Origin: Mizuhopecten yessoensis
Taxonomy: Eukaryota
Assembly: GCF_002113885.1 (NCBI RefSeq)
Contig: NW_018404269.1
Span: forward strand, 307,286 to 371,285
DNA: 64,000 nt
Direction of reading: 5' to 3'
Of this stretch, positions 27,517 through 42,600 are shown one piece after another (the stretch's first letter is position 1; each line of letters opens with the position of its first letter). A program made the position numbers and the translations under genes. The notes beneath the pieces were generated by a model that was not told the DNA's origin, did no database searches, and saw only the letters and a program-made list of their open reading frames with translations.

Positions 27517-27548
27517 CCGGAAGTAGCATTATGTTCTGCGCAGGCGTA
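27517..27548 (+). promoter_or_regulatory. ETS/GABP site (CCGGAAGT, 27517-27524) and NRF1-like site (TGCGCAGGCGTA, 27537-27548) upstream of CRAT exon 1
   Basis: Exact ETS core and a near-consensus NRF1 motif about 95-125 nt before the ATG; this pair is typical of nuclear-encoded mitochondrial/housekeeping promoters. Confidence 0.55.
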
Positions 27549-27641
27549 CAAACTAGTAAACTAAGAAATAATTGTTAATTCAGTCAGTATCTTTACTTGT
27601 GAACTTTGTACCTGTCGCTGTCCTCATATACAAACAGTGTC

Positions 27642-27668
27642 ATGTTGCGCATACTGGGTCGAGCTACG
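27642..27668 (+). CDS. CRAT: CRAT coding exon 1 (MLRILGRAT)
   Basis: ATG + 9 codons + strong donor ACG|gtgagt; phase 0 matches exon 2; presequence-like; lies downstream of ETS/NRF1-like motifs. Confidence 0.8.
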
Positions 27669-30600
27669 GTGAGTATGTTTATCAGTGCTTTTCACGAATG
27701 CGTTGCAAGAATAGCTTTCATTGACAGAGAATCTAGAACCTGATCGATTAGCTGCGCTAACGTAGCTTTCCGATGTCAGACGAGAGATTCTTTTTATATA
27801 TTGCGTCGTCAGAGGCCTAGGAGGCCGGGTATTAATATAAGTACTACTAATCGATCATAACTGTGAAGATAAACAATGACACTTGGTAATCTGCATTATG
27901 TCACTTAGATGTACCCATGCGACTTTCCAGTCTTTTTAAAACAAGTGGTGAACACGTACCGATTTCTTAAAGTTTAAGCAATTCACTGACTAGTTAATAT
28001 TGGATGTTTGATTAACCTGCGACTCATCAGCAGCGAGTCATCAATATGTAACAGGAGAAAGAGAGATATGCAACAGCCAGAACTGGGTTCGAACCTGGAA
28101 CCCTCTAGATCTCTACTATTTAAATTGAACTATCTGGTGGTCGATGATCGACTCTGCTACATTCCTCCCTCCTTTTTCTAAGTCTATGCCCCCCGAAGAC
28201 ACAACTATAATTACAACCCAGGTTCAGGTATCCCCTTGCCAAGCGTACCCCAAATGCTTGAAACAAGGGTTGGCAAGCTGGCCAATTTTGTGACAAGAGA
28301 GCTAGAAGGTAGGATTGTAAGTGATCATAAAATGCACAAACTGCAAGCATTATGTATACTGCTTCAAGTTTCTGGTGGATTTTCCACCACTTTACATTCC
28401 AAAATTGATCCAAAGATGACATCTGTGAAACCATTTTTTGCTTGATTGCCAAAAATGATTCCGAAACATTAAGTGAAGCTGAAACATGCACTTACAGTAT
28501 ATGTGTATAGATCTGTTTCCTTTAAATGATTCCCCTACCACTCCCATAAAGTTTAATATGCATTTCAACAGGACTAATTACCTAGATTTGATGTGAAATG
28601 TATTTATAAAAAAACAATAAAAAAATATTAAATAAACAAAATGTTATCAACGTGTTCTATTGTAAAAATTTGGCAGAGCTTTAATATACACGTGATCTAT
28701 GATTTGAACTCTGGGATTGTTGAGATTGTTGCATTGGACATATATATTGCTCTAACTGACTTGACTTCCTGCAAGGTCAACAGCTGAAGTGTTCTGGCCC
28801 AACTTTGCTTAAGTTATTGTTATATTCAAATATATCCAAATTGAAATTAAAGGGGGGAGGGGTTACAGTATAATATGAAAAACCAGTGTAGTGGGAGATA
28901 GAGTTCCGTAAACGGTCTTAACAGTTAGTATTAGCTTACCAGTATTCCTTTATATATAATCTACTAGGGTGCATCTTTTCAGGACCCTGTAATTTATTTG
29001 GAATAATCTTTAAAGTAGGGTTGTCAAACTGGACTCATCAATAGAGAATTTTACAATTAAGCTAGTTAAACATGGAGCTCGATCCCTATAAATGTCAGAC
29101 TATTCAGTTATTGATTTTGATGACTGGGTTTACAGTCTTCCAACTGAGTAACCACTTATCCGTTGACAACCCTACTTTAAAGTGTAATAATGTATTTTTT
29201 ATACTTTGCTTAATCTTCCATGCATCTATCTTAAAATTTTGTATTCAGATGTCTTTATTCAGACACTGCATTCATTTGTAACCTTACTGCATGCACAGTA
29301 GGCTTCGTGTTTAGTTCCACTTCTTTGATATATAATTTATGATATGTTAAAAGCTCCATTTCCATCAGTGGGAAATCAAGGGTATTTGATGAACATGTAT
29401 GCACATACAAACAGTGTAAGTATGTTTCAAAAATATTTTTTAGTTCAGTTTTCCATGCATAGCCGATCGGAAATCATAACAGTGTTCGAACTAACATAGA
29501 CCCATGCATGCATAGACACCATGAAAATCACCATAGGTCTATGGGGAAAATTTAATTCATAGACCAAGTTGAAGTTAATCTCTAGGATGTGTGTTATTCA
29601 ATGATAAATATAATAGTGTCAAACAAAATAATGTTTTTGTCCATTATTATAACACATATTTTCTTACTTTGATGATATACACCACTAAATATGCAAGTTA
29701 AATTTTCTTGGTAAAGGTCTGGTCTACCATAATTTCCGTAGGTCTATGACAAATTTATATATTTACATTTGCACTGCAGCCCACTTCATAAACATTACCA
29801 GCAAAAAATGAATTTCATTCGAGTATGAAAGCATAAACTCTTGTGACGTAACACGCGGTTTACTTATGACGACATAGATTAATCTTGTTCAATGAGAATC
29901 TTGTCGCTTCGCTTCGGATAACATGGAGAATGCCCCTATGTCAAACGCTCAAATGACTAGTTAGTTATTGGCGCCAATTTTATTTCAATAGGGCTGTTCC
30001 ACCAATGTCGTTTAAAGGACGACACATATATACAAAACGCAGTAAATAAATTAGTTATTTAAGAACAAATAAATAAAATGAAACAATTGTTCTATAATAA
30101 AAATGTAAATACATTTGTATATGGATTGAACAGCGTTTTTTAATTTTTATGCCAGTATGAATGCAAATCGGTTAGATCCATATAGCAGGCTTCATGCAAT
30201 ATGGATGAAACCGATTTGCGTTCATACCGGCATGTAAATTTAAAAAACACTGTTCAATCCCTATATAAATTTTAAACTCTAAGACTGCCACAACCAATTG
30301 AAAACTTTAAACTTTCTGTATGATGTGCATACTTTAACACATATTTGTGTATACACAGTACAGTATATCGACGTTTATGGATGCATGATTGTAAAAGGTG
30401 GTCATTATAAATTGTATAGTCATGGTCCTTATCAAGTGTTATCTAGGTAATCAACTTCTTGTTTTAATATCCTCCCATATTGAAAATAAAAGAGGATTAT
30501 ATGATAATATAATGATGGATCAATCCTTCCATCTGAATGAAACATAAGTTTTACAGGTAAACCTTGTTATACTGCCACCATTTGTGCAGAGAAAATTTGG

Positions 30601-33600
30601 CATTATGAAGGGGTCTGGCGATAAATTGAAGGTACTGTATAAGGAAATTCTCAAAAAAAAAAAAAAGGGACATGGAAATACATGTTGGCAGTAAAATGAG
30701 ATGACAAATGAAATGAAAGGCATTATATCAACATTTTACTGTACTTCTTCCACCTCTTCACACGAGACAAACACACTGTCTGTACGTCACATGGGATACT
30801 TTTTTAAGCTTCTGCTATCCTATATGGCTATACATTTAGTGACCTTGATCTAGTTCTAATTTACATATCTCTGAATTCTACCAAGGAAGGGAATCGAGCA
30901 GCTCAATCGAGTTAAATTATAATGTTCAACATCTTGTTGTCTGACACACTGAAACACAATACATACTAACATGTTATTAGATTAAGTGACATCATTAAAT
31001 CAATGTTTTTAAGCAGTAGAAGAAAATGCAAAGAACATGTAACATTATCAAGTGACACCCTTCTATAAAAAAAAAAGTGGGGGGGGGGGGCGCAGTGGCC
31101 AAGTTGTTGTACGGCGTCTGACATTCTGCTACCACTTGAGCCCTCAAACACTGGGTAGCGGGTTCAAGACCTACGTGGGGCAGTCGCCAGGTACTGGCTG
31201 TAGTTCGGTGTTTTTTCTCTGGGACATCCTACTTTCCTGCACCACCAAAACCTGGCACGTCCTTAAATGACCATAGCTGTTAATAGGACATAAAACACAA
31301 ACAACCAAAACCAACAATTGTTTTTTAGCCACAATTTAGGAAATATGATATTTATATAATGACAGTTATATTAACCCTTACACCACTGTACATGTATAGA
31401 CCATAATGGACTTATCCATATCAATGCATGGTAGAGTTTATTAAAGTTACATAGGGGTGAAAGGGTTTAGTATACCATAGAATAAAAGCAATACATCACA
31501 TTCACATATATATATCATGATCAGATATCTGTGATTTATGCATGGACATATTTACATACTAAAATGTATTACGTTCTCATGATCATTGCATGGCCTTATT
31601 TTTAGTTATATGAATGGTTATAAAAATAATCCAGAAACATGTACATCTGTAAAGTGCCCATGCTGTTCAGATCTTATAATGTACGTGTGTTTCTGATTAT
31701 TTTAAAATCTTCTCATATATATATACAAAGCTCATAAAGTCAATATAGTACTCGCACTGTTTGATTTGCCTCCACAAAAACAGTTACTCTGTAACATATT
31801 AGATAAAGCATGTGGTAGGTAGTGCTTGCAACTGTTACATGCAAAGTTCTATCCTCTATTTATATGATGAACCAGTACATATAAAGGCACTTAATTACAG
31901 TAAATACTCATTCTTTACCGTACATGTATCCTTTTCATGATAGATGAATATACATAATTTGTACATAGTCGATACACCAGACAGATTGATAGCACGACTT
32001 CACAGGTGAAAATGTGGGACACTTCATGTCATGATATAGTTCACAAGATTCACCTATATAACGATAGGTATATGCTGCTCATGACCATTGAGAAGGTTAA
32101 AGTCCACAGTGATGATCTGACAGCTCTAACAAACATGATCAGCAATAAACCCACATGCTTACATGGCGAGTAGAGCTGCTAGGGTAATACTGTTAGTGCT
32201 ACACTGCTGAAGATCAAAACTAGGTACATATGTGTGCTTTATCTAAATTCTTAGTATGACAATATTGACTTGTGTTTCATTTTTGATTTTAAGGTAATTT
32301 TGAATATCTTTACAATCCATGTATTATTATTAACCCTTTCACCCCTATGTAACTTTAGTAGACTCTACCATGCATTGATCTGGATGAGTCCATTATGGTC
32401 TACAGTGGTGAAAGGGTTAACAACATTGTAGATTGATGAATAGATCTGCAGAGTTATAAATGTATTTCATGAAATGTGTAATAACTATAAGGTGTATATA
32501 TCTATATTTAGTTGCACCTGTAAGCCTGAATCTTGAGTTACAAACACAGGTCGTCTGTATTATAATTTGTGTCAGCTGGAGACAGTGGTACTAGGAATTG
32601 TGGTGTAAAGTCAGTATTTAAGATATTTATAGACTATTGCTGCTCTTTTTGTGTCACCTGCAATGCGAGGCGACATACATATACAGTAGGTATTACTTAA
32701 CAAGATTTCCGTGCGATAACTTAAGTTCCCTTGGGTTGATTGAACTCAAACTTGGTACACAAATTGCATATACTAAAATAGCTCAGACAAATACGCATTT
32801 CAGAAGTGAACGTGCATTTTTGATGGAGTTATGCCCCCTTTATTTCCAAATAAGGGTATTGTGTATTAAATGCAAGAACGTTTTTATTTTTGAATCAATT
32901 CTTTTCAAATTTTGTACGGTAATAACTCAAGCCAAAACACGTACTTTTCTTACTAAAAGCGCTGAGCAGGTGACACATCCACTCCCATGGAATTCTTGTT
33001 TAGTTATCTCAACATACATGTAAGTTATTTAATGGCGGTGGATGTGTATAGTAATGTACATAGTGGATGAAACTTCATTTCAAAATATTTATCAATTGAG
33101 GAAGTTTCAAAAAACACCTTGCAAGTATATGTATATATATGTAGGTATACTTACAGAAATCAGAATTATATGTCTTGGTTGTTGACACCCTGACTATCCT
33201 CGATACTCTAGGGGTTACACTCACTTACGCTCACGATCTGCACCGCTGGAATATATGTCAAAGCAAACTTGAAGGCACAGGGCTAGCAAATTGATTGGTC
33301 TCAGGTAAACCCTGCCCAATCACTCTGCTGATATCTGTCCTTTGAAGACTATAGAGTTGCGACTCTCGACTTCAAAGCCAGTCAATTTTACTGTTACTCA
33401 ACTGCGGGATTCTTTAGATGCACATCAGATTAAAGGATCTATTTTTTGATATTACAAGTAAAGCGATCCATGTCCCTGTGGATCAAAGCTGCAGTCTTCT
33501 TGGCTCATGCATTAGGTGGCACACACTGAGCCTTTAATTTTGTCCTGACATATTCCAGGGGTTTAGAGGGCAGAAGTGAGTGTTGCAATCCCTGGAGTAT

Positions 33601-36600
33601 CGAGGATTGTTGGAAACATGAAACATTGCTTTCTATTTTAGAGTGCCCACCCTAAAAGGTAATGTTTTGTCTTTCTGCAGTCCCGAGGAATAGTGAGAGC
33701 TGTCCAGTGTACGTCCACAGCCATGACACACCCACCTCCAGGCAAGATGTTCTCCCTCCAGGCGTCTTTGCCCCGCCTTCCTGTCCCTCCCCTCGATCAA
33801 ACCCTCAACAAGTACCTGAAGTCTGTCAGACCCCTGCTCAGTGATGAAGAATTCAAGAACACAGAACAGGTTGGTACTATTGTAATCATGATGTAATTTT
33901 ACATATGTTACATTGACCTGTTGCCGTAGTTTTGGCAACACGTTGACGTCAGTAAATTATTTAAATTGTGTAACTTGACTTTACCTACATTTAAGGACAT
34001 CCTACTATATCTGATATGATTTTATGTTTAATCCCCTATATATGTACCCTAATGTTACTTACGCCATATATATATATTTATCCAGTAAATGATATAGTCC
34101 AACTTGAGCTTTTCATTTTATTTTTCTTGCATATTTAATTAAATTGCCATGTATTTTTATTTGTCAACCTGTTTGTGAACATGGACATGTCCATTATATG
34201 GGTGACTACTGTTAAAAAGAAAATCTTAGAAATACATTGCATAAAATCTATAAAAAATGCTTAGAAATGATGTTTTTCCAAATATGGCACCCAGTTTTTG
34301 TGATGTATAGTATTACAAGATGTATGCTATTACATTAGTAACGGCAACATATTTTTACATCTCATTTCAATTATTGGTGCTTAAGCATCAACACAAAAAG
34401 ACCATGAAATCAATTTTCATCCACTGTTACTAAACTTTCTCCCTGCTCATTTCATTACAATTTCTATTATGTTGCTTACTTAAATCTGATGTAATGATAA
34501 ATTCACCCTAATCACGGAGGGCGGAGAAGGTGAAAATTTAACTTCAGCGTAAACTCCTTGGTATACAGTAGTATAATATCATTACTAATACATTGAGGTC
34601 ATTTACTAACCATACATATTATATATAATTTTTATACATTTGATTTTTGTAAGAGTTACTTCTCTTAGTATGTTTGATACATCATATTTCATGCTGCTAA
34701 TAAATGTTTTATTACATAGAAATTAAGAATTTCATGTACCTGTGTTATAATGCATGTATTTTTTGTACCTTTAAAATGTCATAAATTAAACACGTAAACT
34801 CGAAGTCAGCGTTTCTAAGTCTTATTTGAAGGTGTTTTTTTTGTGTAGACTCTTTTATAGTGAAGATACACGTGTAAGCTTTTATGTATGTATCCTTAAA
34901 TATGTTAACAGTATCATGTAGCAGAAATGAAATGGTAGTATATATAATGATACTGAAATAAGTAAGTTCCTATTTAATCAACATAATGATTAGTCATTAT
35001 GTGCAATAGGTGTATGTCATGTCTAAAACAATTAAAAACAAATTAGATGAAAACTGTGTTATTTCAGTATTTTAAAACATTAACAGACATGCTCATTCAT
35101 TTGATATGTTCAATAGATAGTACAGGAATTCAGTAAAAATCCAGGACCCAAACTTCAGACACTTTTGGAACACAGAGCAAGTCAGGAAGAAAATTGGGTG
35201 AGTATAATGTTAAACACATTTGGTTTCGTTGTAAATTAGTGCTAAATGCAATGNNNNNNNNNNNNNNNNNNNNNNNNNNNNNNNNNNNNNNNNNNNNNNN
35301 NNNNNNNNNNNNNNNNNNNNNNNNNNNNNNNNNNNNNNNNNNNNNNNNNNNNNNNNNNNNNNNNNNNNNNNNNNNNNNNNNACGTAACCCAACAAGTGTG
35401 CCATTTTGGTGAATGCTTCATAAGCTTTTACATAAGGCAATGTATTTTTTCAATACACGTACAAAAAACTACAGTCTGGTGTATATTGTCATGGTAAATT
35501 CCTGAACAAGGAGAAAAAATTGGTTCATATGATATGCTCCCACTATAATAGCTTACAATCGGCTATTAGAGCCCACTTTCTGGAACTATATGATAAGTAG
35601 AATGAAAAGATCACATGATTTACCATCTGAGTTACACCTGACAATTTCATTATCTTAAAAAGAAGGAAAGCATATGTTTGGTTTTTTGGGGGGTTAAGTT
35701 AAGACATTAAGAATTTTCATACATGTAAATAGCATTATAGACAGTGAAACTTTTTTTTTTTTTTAATTTTGCATAATATAATTAATACCAGCGTTGTCTA
35801 CAAGTGAGAGTATGTGTGTAATGTCTGTTTGATATAGATGTAAAAAAAAAAAAAAGGAGAAAAAAAGATTTTTTTTTCAGTAATTAATACCACTGTATTA
35901 TATTATGCATGCAATGCAGCAAGACTGTATCATGCTATCATTCTGAAATACATTATTGTATTTTGACAATGTTAACTTTCAGCTGTCGGAGTGGTGGATG
36001 AAGACTGCCTACCTTGAGTTTCGGTCACCTGTTACAGTAAACGTCAGTCCAGGAATAGTGTTCCCGCGCCAGAGCTATAGAGACAAGGAAGGACAACTCA
36101 GGTCAGATTCAGTAGATATCATTGACGTTTACAGCGGAAGTTAAAGAATCGTAACATTCTGTAAAATAAACTTGAATTGGACCTAAGATTAGCTGTGTGT
36201 TGACTTTTTAGCCCACCATCATCTGATGGTGGGCTATTCAAATCACCCTGCGTCCGTGGTCCGCCATCCGCCGTCCGTCCGTAAACAATTCTTGTTATCA
36301 GTATTTCTCAAGAAGTACCAGAGGGATCTTTCTCAAATTTTATATGCAGGTTCCTCTTGGTCCTTAGCTGTGCAGGGCAACTTTTGAGACTGATCGGATA
36401 AACAACATGGCCGACAGGCAGCCATCTTGGATTTTGATAGTGAAAGTTTGTTATCGCTATTTCTCAAGAAGTATCAGAGGGATCTTTCTCAAATTGTATA
36501 TGTAGGTTCCCCTTGATCCCTCGTTGTGTATGTTTTATTTTGAGACTGATCATAAAAACAAAATGGATTAAAAGAAGAGCTAAACAGATCTTTCTCATAC

Positions 36601-39600
36601 TGCAATGATCGATTCTATTTCTTTCACATTAAGTACTGTACTAGTAAATATGTGAGATGACAAACTCACTTTGAAGGTTGGCTTTCATACACATCAGTAT
36701 TAAGTCTAGATCAAAAGTTACCTCAAGGTGCATTTACTGTTAACATGACTCGATCAAACAGATTAGAGGAAAGAAAAGATCGAACTGACAAAGAACTAAT
36801 GAAGATGGTACAAAGGTGGACGCCAAGATCCCTCTGGGATCTCTTGTAATTTAATAGTCATTTGTTTTGATTTATTTGTTGGTGTAAATTGAATGTTATT
36901 TCCTGCAAGTTTTCATTTTTTTTTTTTTTTTTCCCAGATATGCAGCCAAATTAATTGCTGGTGTCTTGGATTTCAAGCTCATGATAGACAAGTAAGTTTT
37001 TTTAGAAAAAAAATAAACGAAAGTTTAACTGCAGTGACTAACCGGGTCTGTACAAGATCTGTTACATAGCATTAACGTATATATCATTCTACTTCTATCA
37101 GGAGGTCCACGAAGAAATGACCAGTATAAGGTGAATAAAAAAGCAGCTCACTACAACATATGAGTTGGTCCTCGTATTATGGAAAGTCATGTACTCACAA
37201 AATGATCTTTTTTTGGGGAGAACCACAATATTTGGGCCCAAACAAAATATCTGATTTCACATTAACTTGATTGCCTACAAGATATTAGTTTACTTTACTC
37301 TGTCTATAGTTATATGTTATATGTCTGTTTGTTAATAAGGCTAAAATAAATTACTTGTGTTTCCACTATCATCCTCAGAAAAAACAGGGTAGGTAGATTG
37401 GCAATTGGGTTTTTTGGGAAAATATTTTTACTATGGTTATATAGAGCAGGAGTTTTGACTTGAACAGTGCATTATCAATAAATGCCAATAAAAACTTTAT
37501 GGTAGGCACGAAAATCTAGGGTGGGTAGGGGTAGCGGAAACAAGATTTTGTTTTGAGGCCTAAAAAAAAGTAACTAGCTATAGGTCGCCTCTGGTATTTA
37601 AAAAATCTAATTTTATAAATAATTCTGTTTTTCCATCTCTAGCCAGACGTTGCCAGTGGAACACATGGGTAAGAAGCCCCTGTGTATGACCCAGTACTAC
37701 AAGATCTTGTCTGCGTGTCGTACACCTGGCAAAAAGTGTGACAGTTGGACCTGCTACCCTCCCGACCAACCAAACGCCCCAAAGAGCATTATAGTGGCTC
37801 ACAACAACCAGGTGAGTCCATAGCTACTGTACAAAACTCCCTTGGTTTGTAACATTAAGCTTTGAAACATACTGGAAGCATGTTCCACATCCAGTTAAGT
37901 ACGGTATGGTGTTCATGTTTTTTCGTTGAAAGATAGGTGATTTGACTACGTTAGGTATTCATTAGTCCTCCTTTGGAAACTGTAAAATGGGTTAAATACA
38001 TACTGGCATACTGTAGGTGAATAATAGAATTGTTGAGGATAAAAAATAAAGGCTATTAGGATGATAAAGGTAAAATTGATAGTTTGAATAAGTAACAATG
38101 TCCATTCTGGAGGGTAGAATACTGTAAAGTTGCTAATATTCATGAGGGTTTTTAATTTTGCTGTTTTCGTAATTGCTTCAAAACTCACAAATTTTGTACC
38201 TCATGAAATGGTTTGATTTTGGCAAGAACATCCACATTTAACACGTCAGTGATGCCAGTTGAGTTGAGGCTTATACTGAGTCTACGGTAGTCCTATAGAA
38301 TTGAATTTAGTTATAATTGGCACTCAGAACTATTTACGAGGTTCTCCAAAATGAGCTTAGACCAGTTGTACTTCGCGAAAATAAAACCCTGCAAATAAGT
38401 TAAGTAAACAAAATTATGAAATTTTGCACCCCTGAAATTGAACATTTAAGTGATGTGAATGAGGAGCTGTGTTCTGGAAGGTAAAATGTAGAAAATGATT
38501 TGTATGATGAACAATATCATGGAGGGTTAAAAAGATATAGTAGCAAGGGTGCTAGTGTTACAAAGGAAACTGATCTCTGTTGCAGTTGTTTGCACTAGAT
38601 GTTTATGGTTCTGATGGAAAACCACTGTCTGAGGCCCAGATCTATCGTCAGCTGAAGAGCTTAGTACAGGAATCTGACCAGGTGGCCACGCCCGTGGGAC
38701 TCCTCACCACAGAAAACAGGTCCACCTGGGCCAAGGCCTACAGCGAACTAGCCAAAGGTAACAAGTACTAAAATTACATATACAAACTATCAGTTCCCAT
38801 GAAGATGCTGCAAAATCCAACATTATGCTTCTTATCCATGATATTATATACTGTGAAATCACTCATTTTTGTGGGGGTTTTAATTTCCTTGATTTCGTTT
38901 GTACTTTTCATCCACGAATTCATAGGTCCAAGAAGTAATAACAGGTTTGGCATGGAGATATTCCTCATATGAATGGTTACTTGTAGTCAACGAACTGATG
39001 TACACACAATTTTTTTTATTTTTTTGTTGAAACCCACGAAAGTATCTGATTTCACAGTAATGTGATGCAGTAGCAGTCCGAGGTCAATATATCTGTTCTC
39101 GGGTCGATAAATCCAGGTATCTACCAAAGTTAAAGGGTGCAATTGTTTTATTATTTTCAAAACAGTAATGTAAGCAATCTGAAAAAACCCACCAAAAAAG
39201 CCTCGAAAGCAGAACGGTGCATTGTTCGGAGACACATCATAATTCTATTTTTAGACACATCCAGTCCTTCAACAAAAATCATGCGCTCCAAGTCAATATC
39301 GGTTTTTATCGGTGGACACATGATGCACTCCTGGCCAATAACTTGTCGTGAATAATATGAAAAAATAATATCTGATAAAATTCAATACAATGAAAGGAGA
39401 AGCGATATTATCTTTTGATGAATACAAATGTATGTATGTTCTCTCAATATAAACAATAATCCTTTAACATCTAATTTTTGCTTTTTGTCACAACTTTATG
39501 TATTTATATTATGCACTTAGATTTTATTTCAACTTCAGAGTGAATCGTTTAAGATTTGTGAACTTGTACCGAGGATGCACTTTAGCTTTACACGAGCACA

Positions 39601-42600
39601 CCTTTAGATGCATGTATGATACATATCTATTTAACTGTCCACAGATAAAGAAAACAGTGCCAGTCTAGACCGGATCAAGCACAGCATTTGTGTGGTATGT
39701 TTAGACAACAACCTACCACAGGACATGAGTGATGAGCGTAGCGTGGCCGCACGACAAATGTTACATGGTGGAGGTGATTGTCTAAACTCCGGCAATAGGT
39801 GGTTTGACAAGACAATACAGGTAAATCATTTAATTAAGACCTGTCTATACTGATAAAATATATATCATATACTGTATATGATCATTTGTAAATGAGTGTA
39901 CTACTCAAAGAAATTATAAGATTCAGATATTGTAAAAAAAGACACTTGTATGTACATGTGTAGTTAATTAGACTGGCCCCCTTCTGTAGAATATTATATA
40001 GATATTAAGTTATTTACTTGAATGTCAGATTCTAAACTAAGGAGAGTTAACTAGTGTAGTAAAATGCAGTTGAGAAATTCTTCATAAAAGCTTAGGGGCT
40101 AGTAGGCAGTCTAATGTGAAGTAATGATAATCAGGTATCCTTTCTCTACCTCCAGTTCGTGGTTGGGAGGGACGGTATCAGTGGACTGACATATGAACAC
40201 ACATCAGCAGAAGGACCCCCAGTGGTGATGCTGCTCGACCATGTCGTTGCTTACTGGTAAGTTTGATTGTAATGCTTCAGTGACAGGTGCCTTAATGAGT
40301 ATACACAGATACATAATGATAGGCTATATGATTATGCAATGACAGTGTGGTGGTTTTAATCTGTTTTGTTTGTGATTGGAATAGGCACTTTCTATAGGAA
40401 AGTAACTTTGTGTAGCAAATCAAAATACAAAGAGTAGCAGCTGGTAAAGAGCTACCTAATACCTATACCAGCAGTCCAAGGCCGCATTTGTTCATCATGA
40501 TTCAAACGGTTGGACCGGTTGGACCACAGTTGTTCGTTTATGAAATAAGGCCGGATCTAGTAATCTGATGCTGCTTTCAGGCGAGCCTTGACAAAACCTT
40601 GTAGACCAGTCCAGTGTAACATATTCACTTCAGTCAGGCAAACATCAGTGGTAATTAGCTAGTATCTATGATAAATAATGATATTCAGATACATTTAATA
40701 TACCATTGAACTTGTTTGTGTGTATATATATACTGCACACATAGTTATTATACCCCCGCAACGAAGTTAGGGGGGGTATACTAGAATCACCCTGTCTGGA
40801 TGTCTGGATGTCTGTCATCCGCAGTAACTTGTCCGGAAAACTCCTCCTTAACGAACTGGTGGATTTCATTGAAACTTTGCATGAATGATCAGTATCTTAT
40901 GTAGTTGTGCACCAGCATTTTAATTGGGATTTCGACCCTTTTTGATCGAGTTATGCCCCTTTTTGCGAAATACTTGTCCGGAAAACTCCTCCTTCATCAA
41001 CTGGTGAATTTCATTGAAACTTTGCATGAATGATCAGTATCTTATGTAGTTGTGCACCGGCATTTTAATTTGGGATTTCAACCCTTTTTGGTGGAGTTAT
41101 GCCCCTTTGTGCAAAATACTTGTCCGTTCAACATCTCCTTATCTAACAGGTGGATTTCATTGAAACTTTTCATGAAAGATCAGTATTTTATGTTTTTGTG
41201 CACTGGCATTTTGATTTGGGATTTCAACCTTTTTGGTGGAGTTATGCCCCTTTTTGCGAAATACTTGTCTGGAAAACTCCTCCTTAATTAACTGGTGGAT
41301 TTCATTGAAACTTTGCATGAATGATCAGTATCTTATGTAGTTGTGCACTGGCATTTTAATTTGGGATTTCGACCCTTTTTGGTGGAGTTATGCCCCTTTG
41401 TGCGAAATACTTGTCCGCGCAACGTCTCCTTATCTAACAGGTGGATTTCAGTGAAACTTTGCATGAATGATCAGTATTTTATGTATTTGTGCACCAGCAT
41501 TTTAATTTTGGATTTCAACCCTTTTTGATGGAGGTATGCCCCTTTTTGCGAAATACTTATTACTGGTGGGAGACTATGGATTGCTTTGCAATGCTTTGCC
41601 TTAGTTAAGCCTTTAACTTACAGTTTTGGTTTATATAGCAGGTGGGGTATTAGTTAGCCTTTGGCTTACAGTTCTAGTTTAATTTTGTTAATTTTCAGAA
41701 ATGAATAAATTGTAGATTTATAATACCTTCCAGTCCCAAAAATTCTTTACAAAATATTGTGTGTACTGCATACTTTAGATCAGTTTTGCAAATTCTGTCA
41801 CATAAAAAAATTGTTTAGTTATTTTCTGGTTTTAATTTGGATACAAGCTAAACATTCACAGTCTGCTAGCTATGATTGAATGTGTTTAATGGTTATATTA
41901 CTGTACTAACAGTTGCAGTTCACAACAACCATGAAAACCCAAGAAATTAAATACACAGGTCATGTGATAGAGTAATATATTCTATCTTGGAAAAGAATGC
42001 CTGTAGTGTTGAAGTAATTAAAATGGTACAATATTTCTGTCATTTCAGTTCTAAAAACAAGTCATCTGGATCAGATTCCCCCGCTCCACCCACACCAACA
42101 AAGCTCACCTTTAACCTTAGTACGAACATCAAGGACATGATAGCCACAGCCCGGACCCAGTTGGATGTGTATGTACTGTTGCATTTACCTCTCCTGATCA
42201 TTATACTTTCATTATATTTTACAATGTATTTTATCCAAGAAAAATGCTTTTAAAGTCAATTTTTCATGTAAGAAACTGTGTATAAAATTAATCACACAGT
42301 AAATGATAAAACAGTCTCTCAGTTATTACGAACACTTTACTATAAAATGATTGTACTTCGTTAATCTACATACGTTATTCAGCCAAATTTATTTTGCAAT
42401 ACATAGTACATTTCTTTACTACTAAGGTTTGTGTAAATGTCTATCTATGTATAGATCTGATTTGTTTTGACAATTGTGTTTGGTCTGTAGATTGGTGGAC
42501 GATGTTGATCTTAATGTGTTCGTGTTCAACGATTATGGCAAGAACTTCCCCAAGTCACAAAAGATGAGCCCCGACAGTTTCCTACAGAATGCTATACAGC

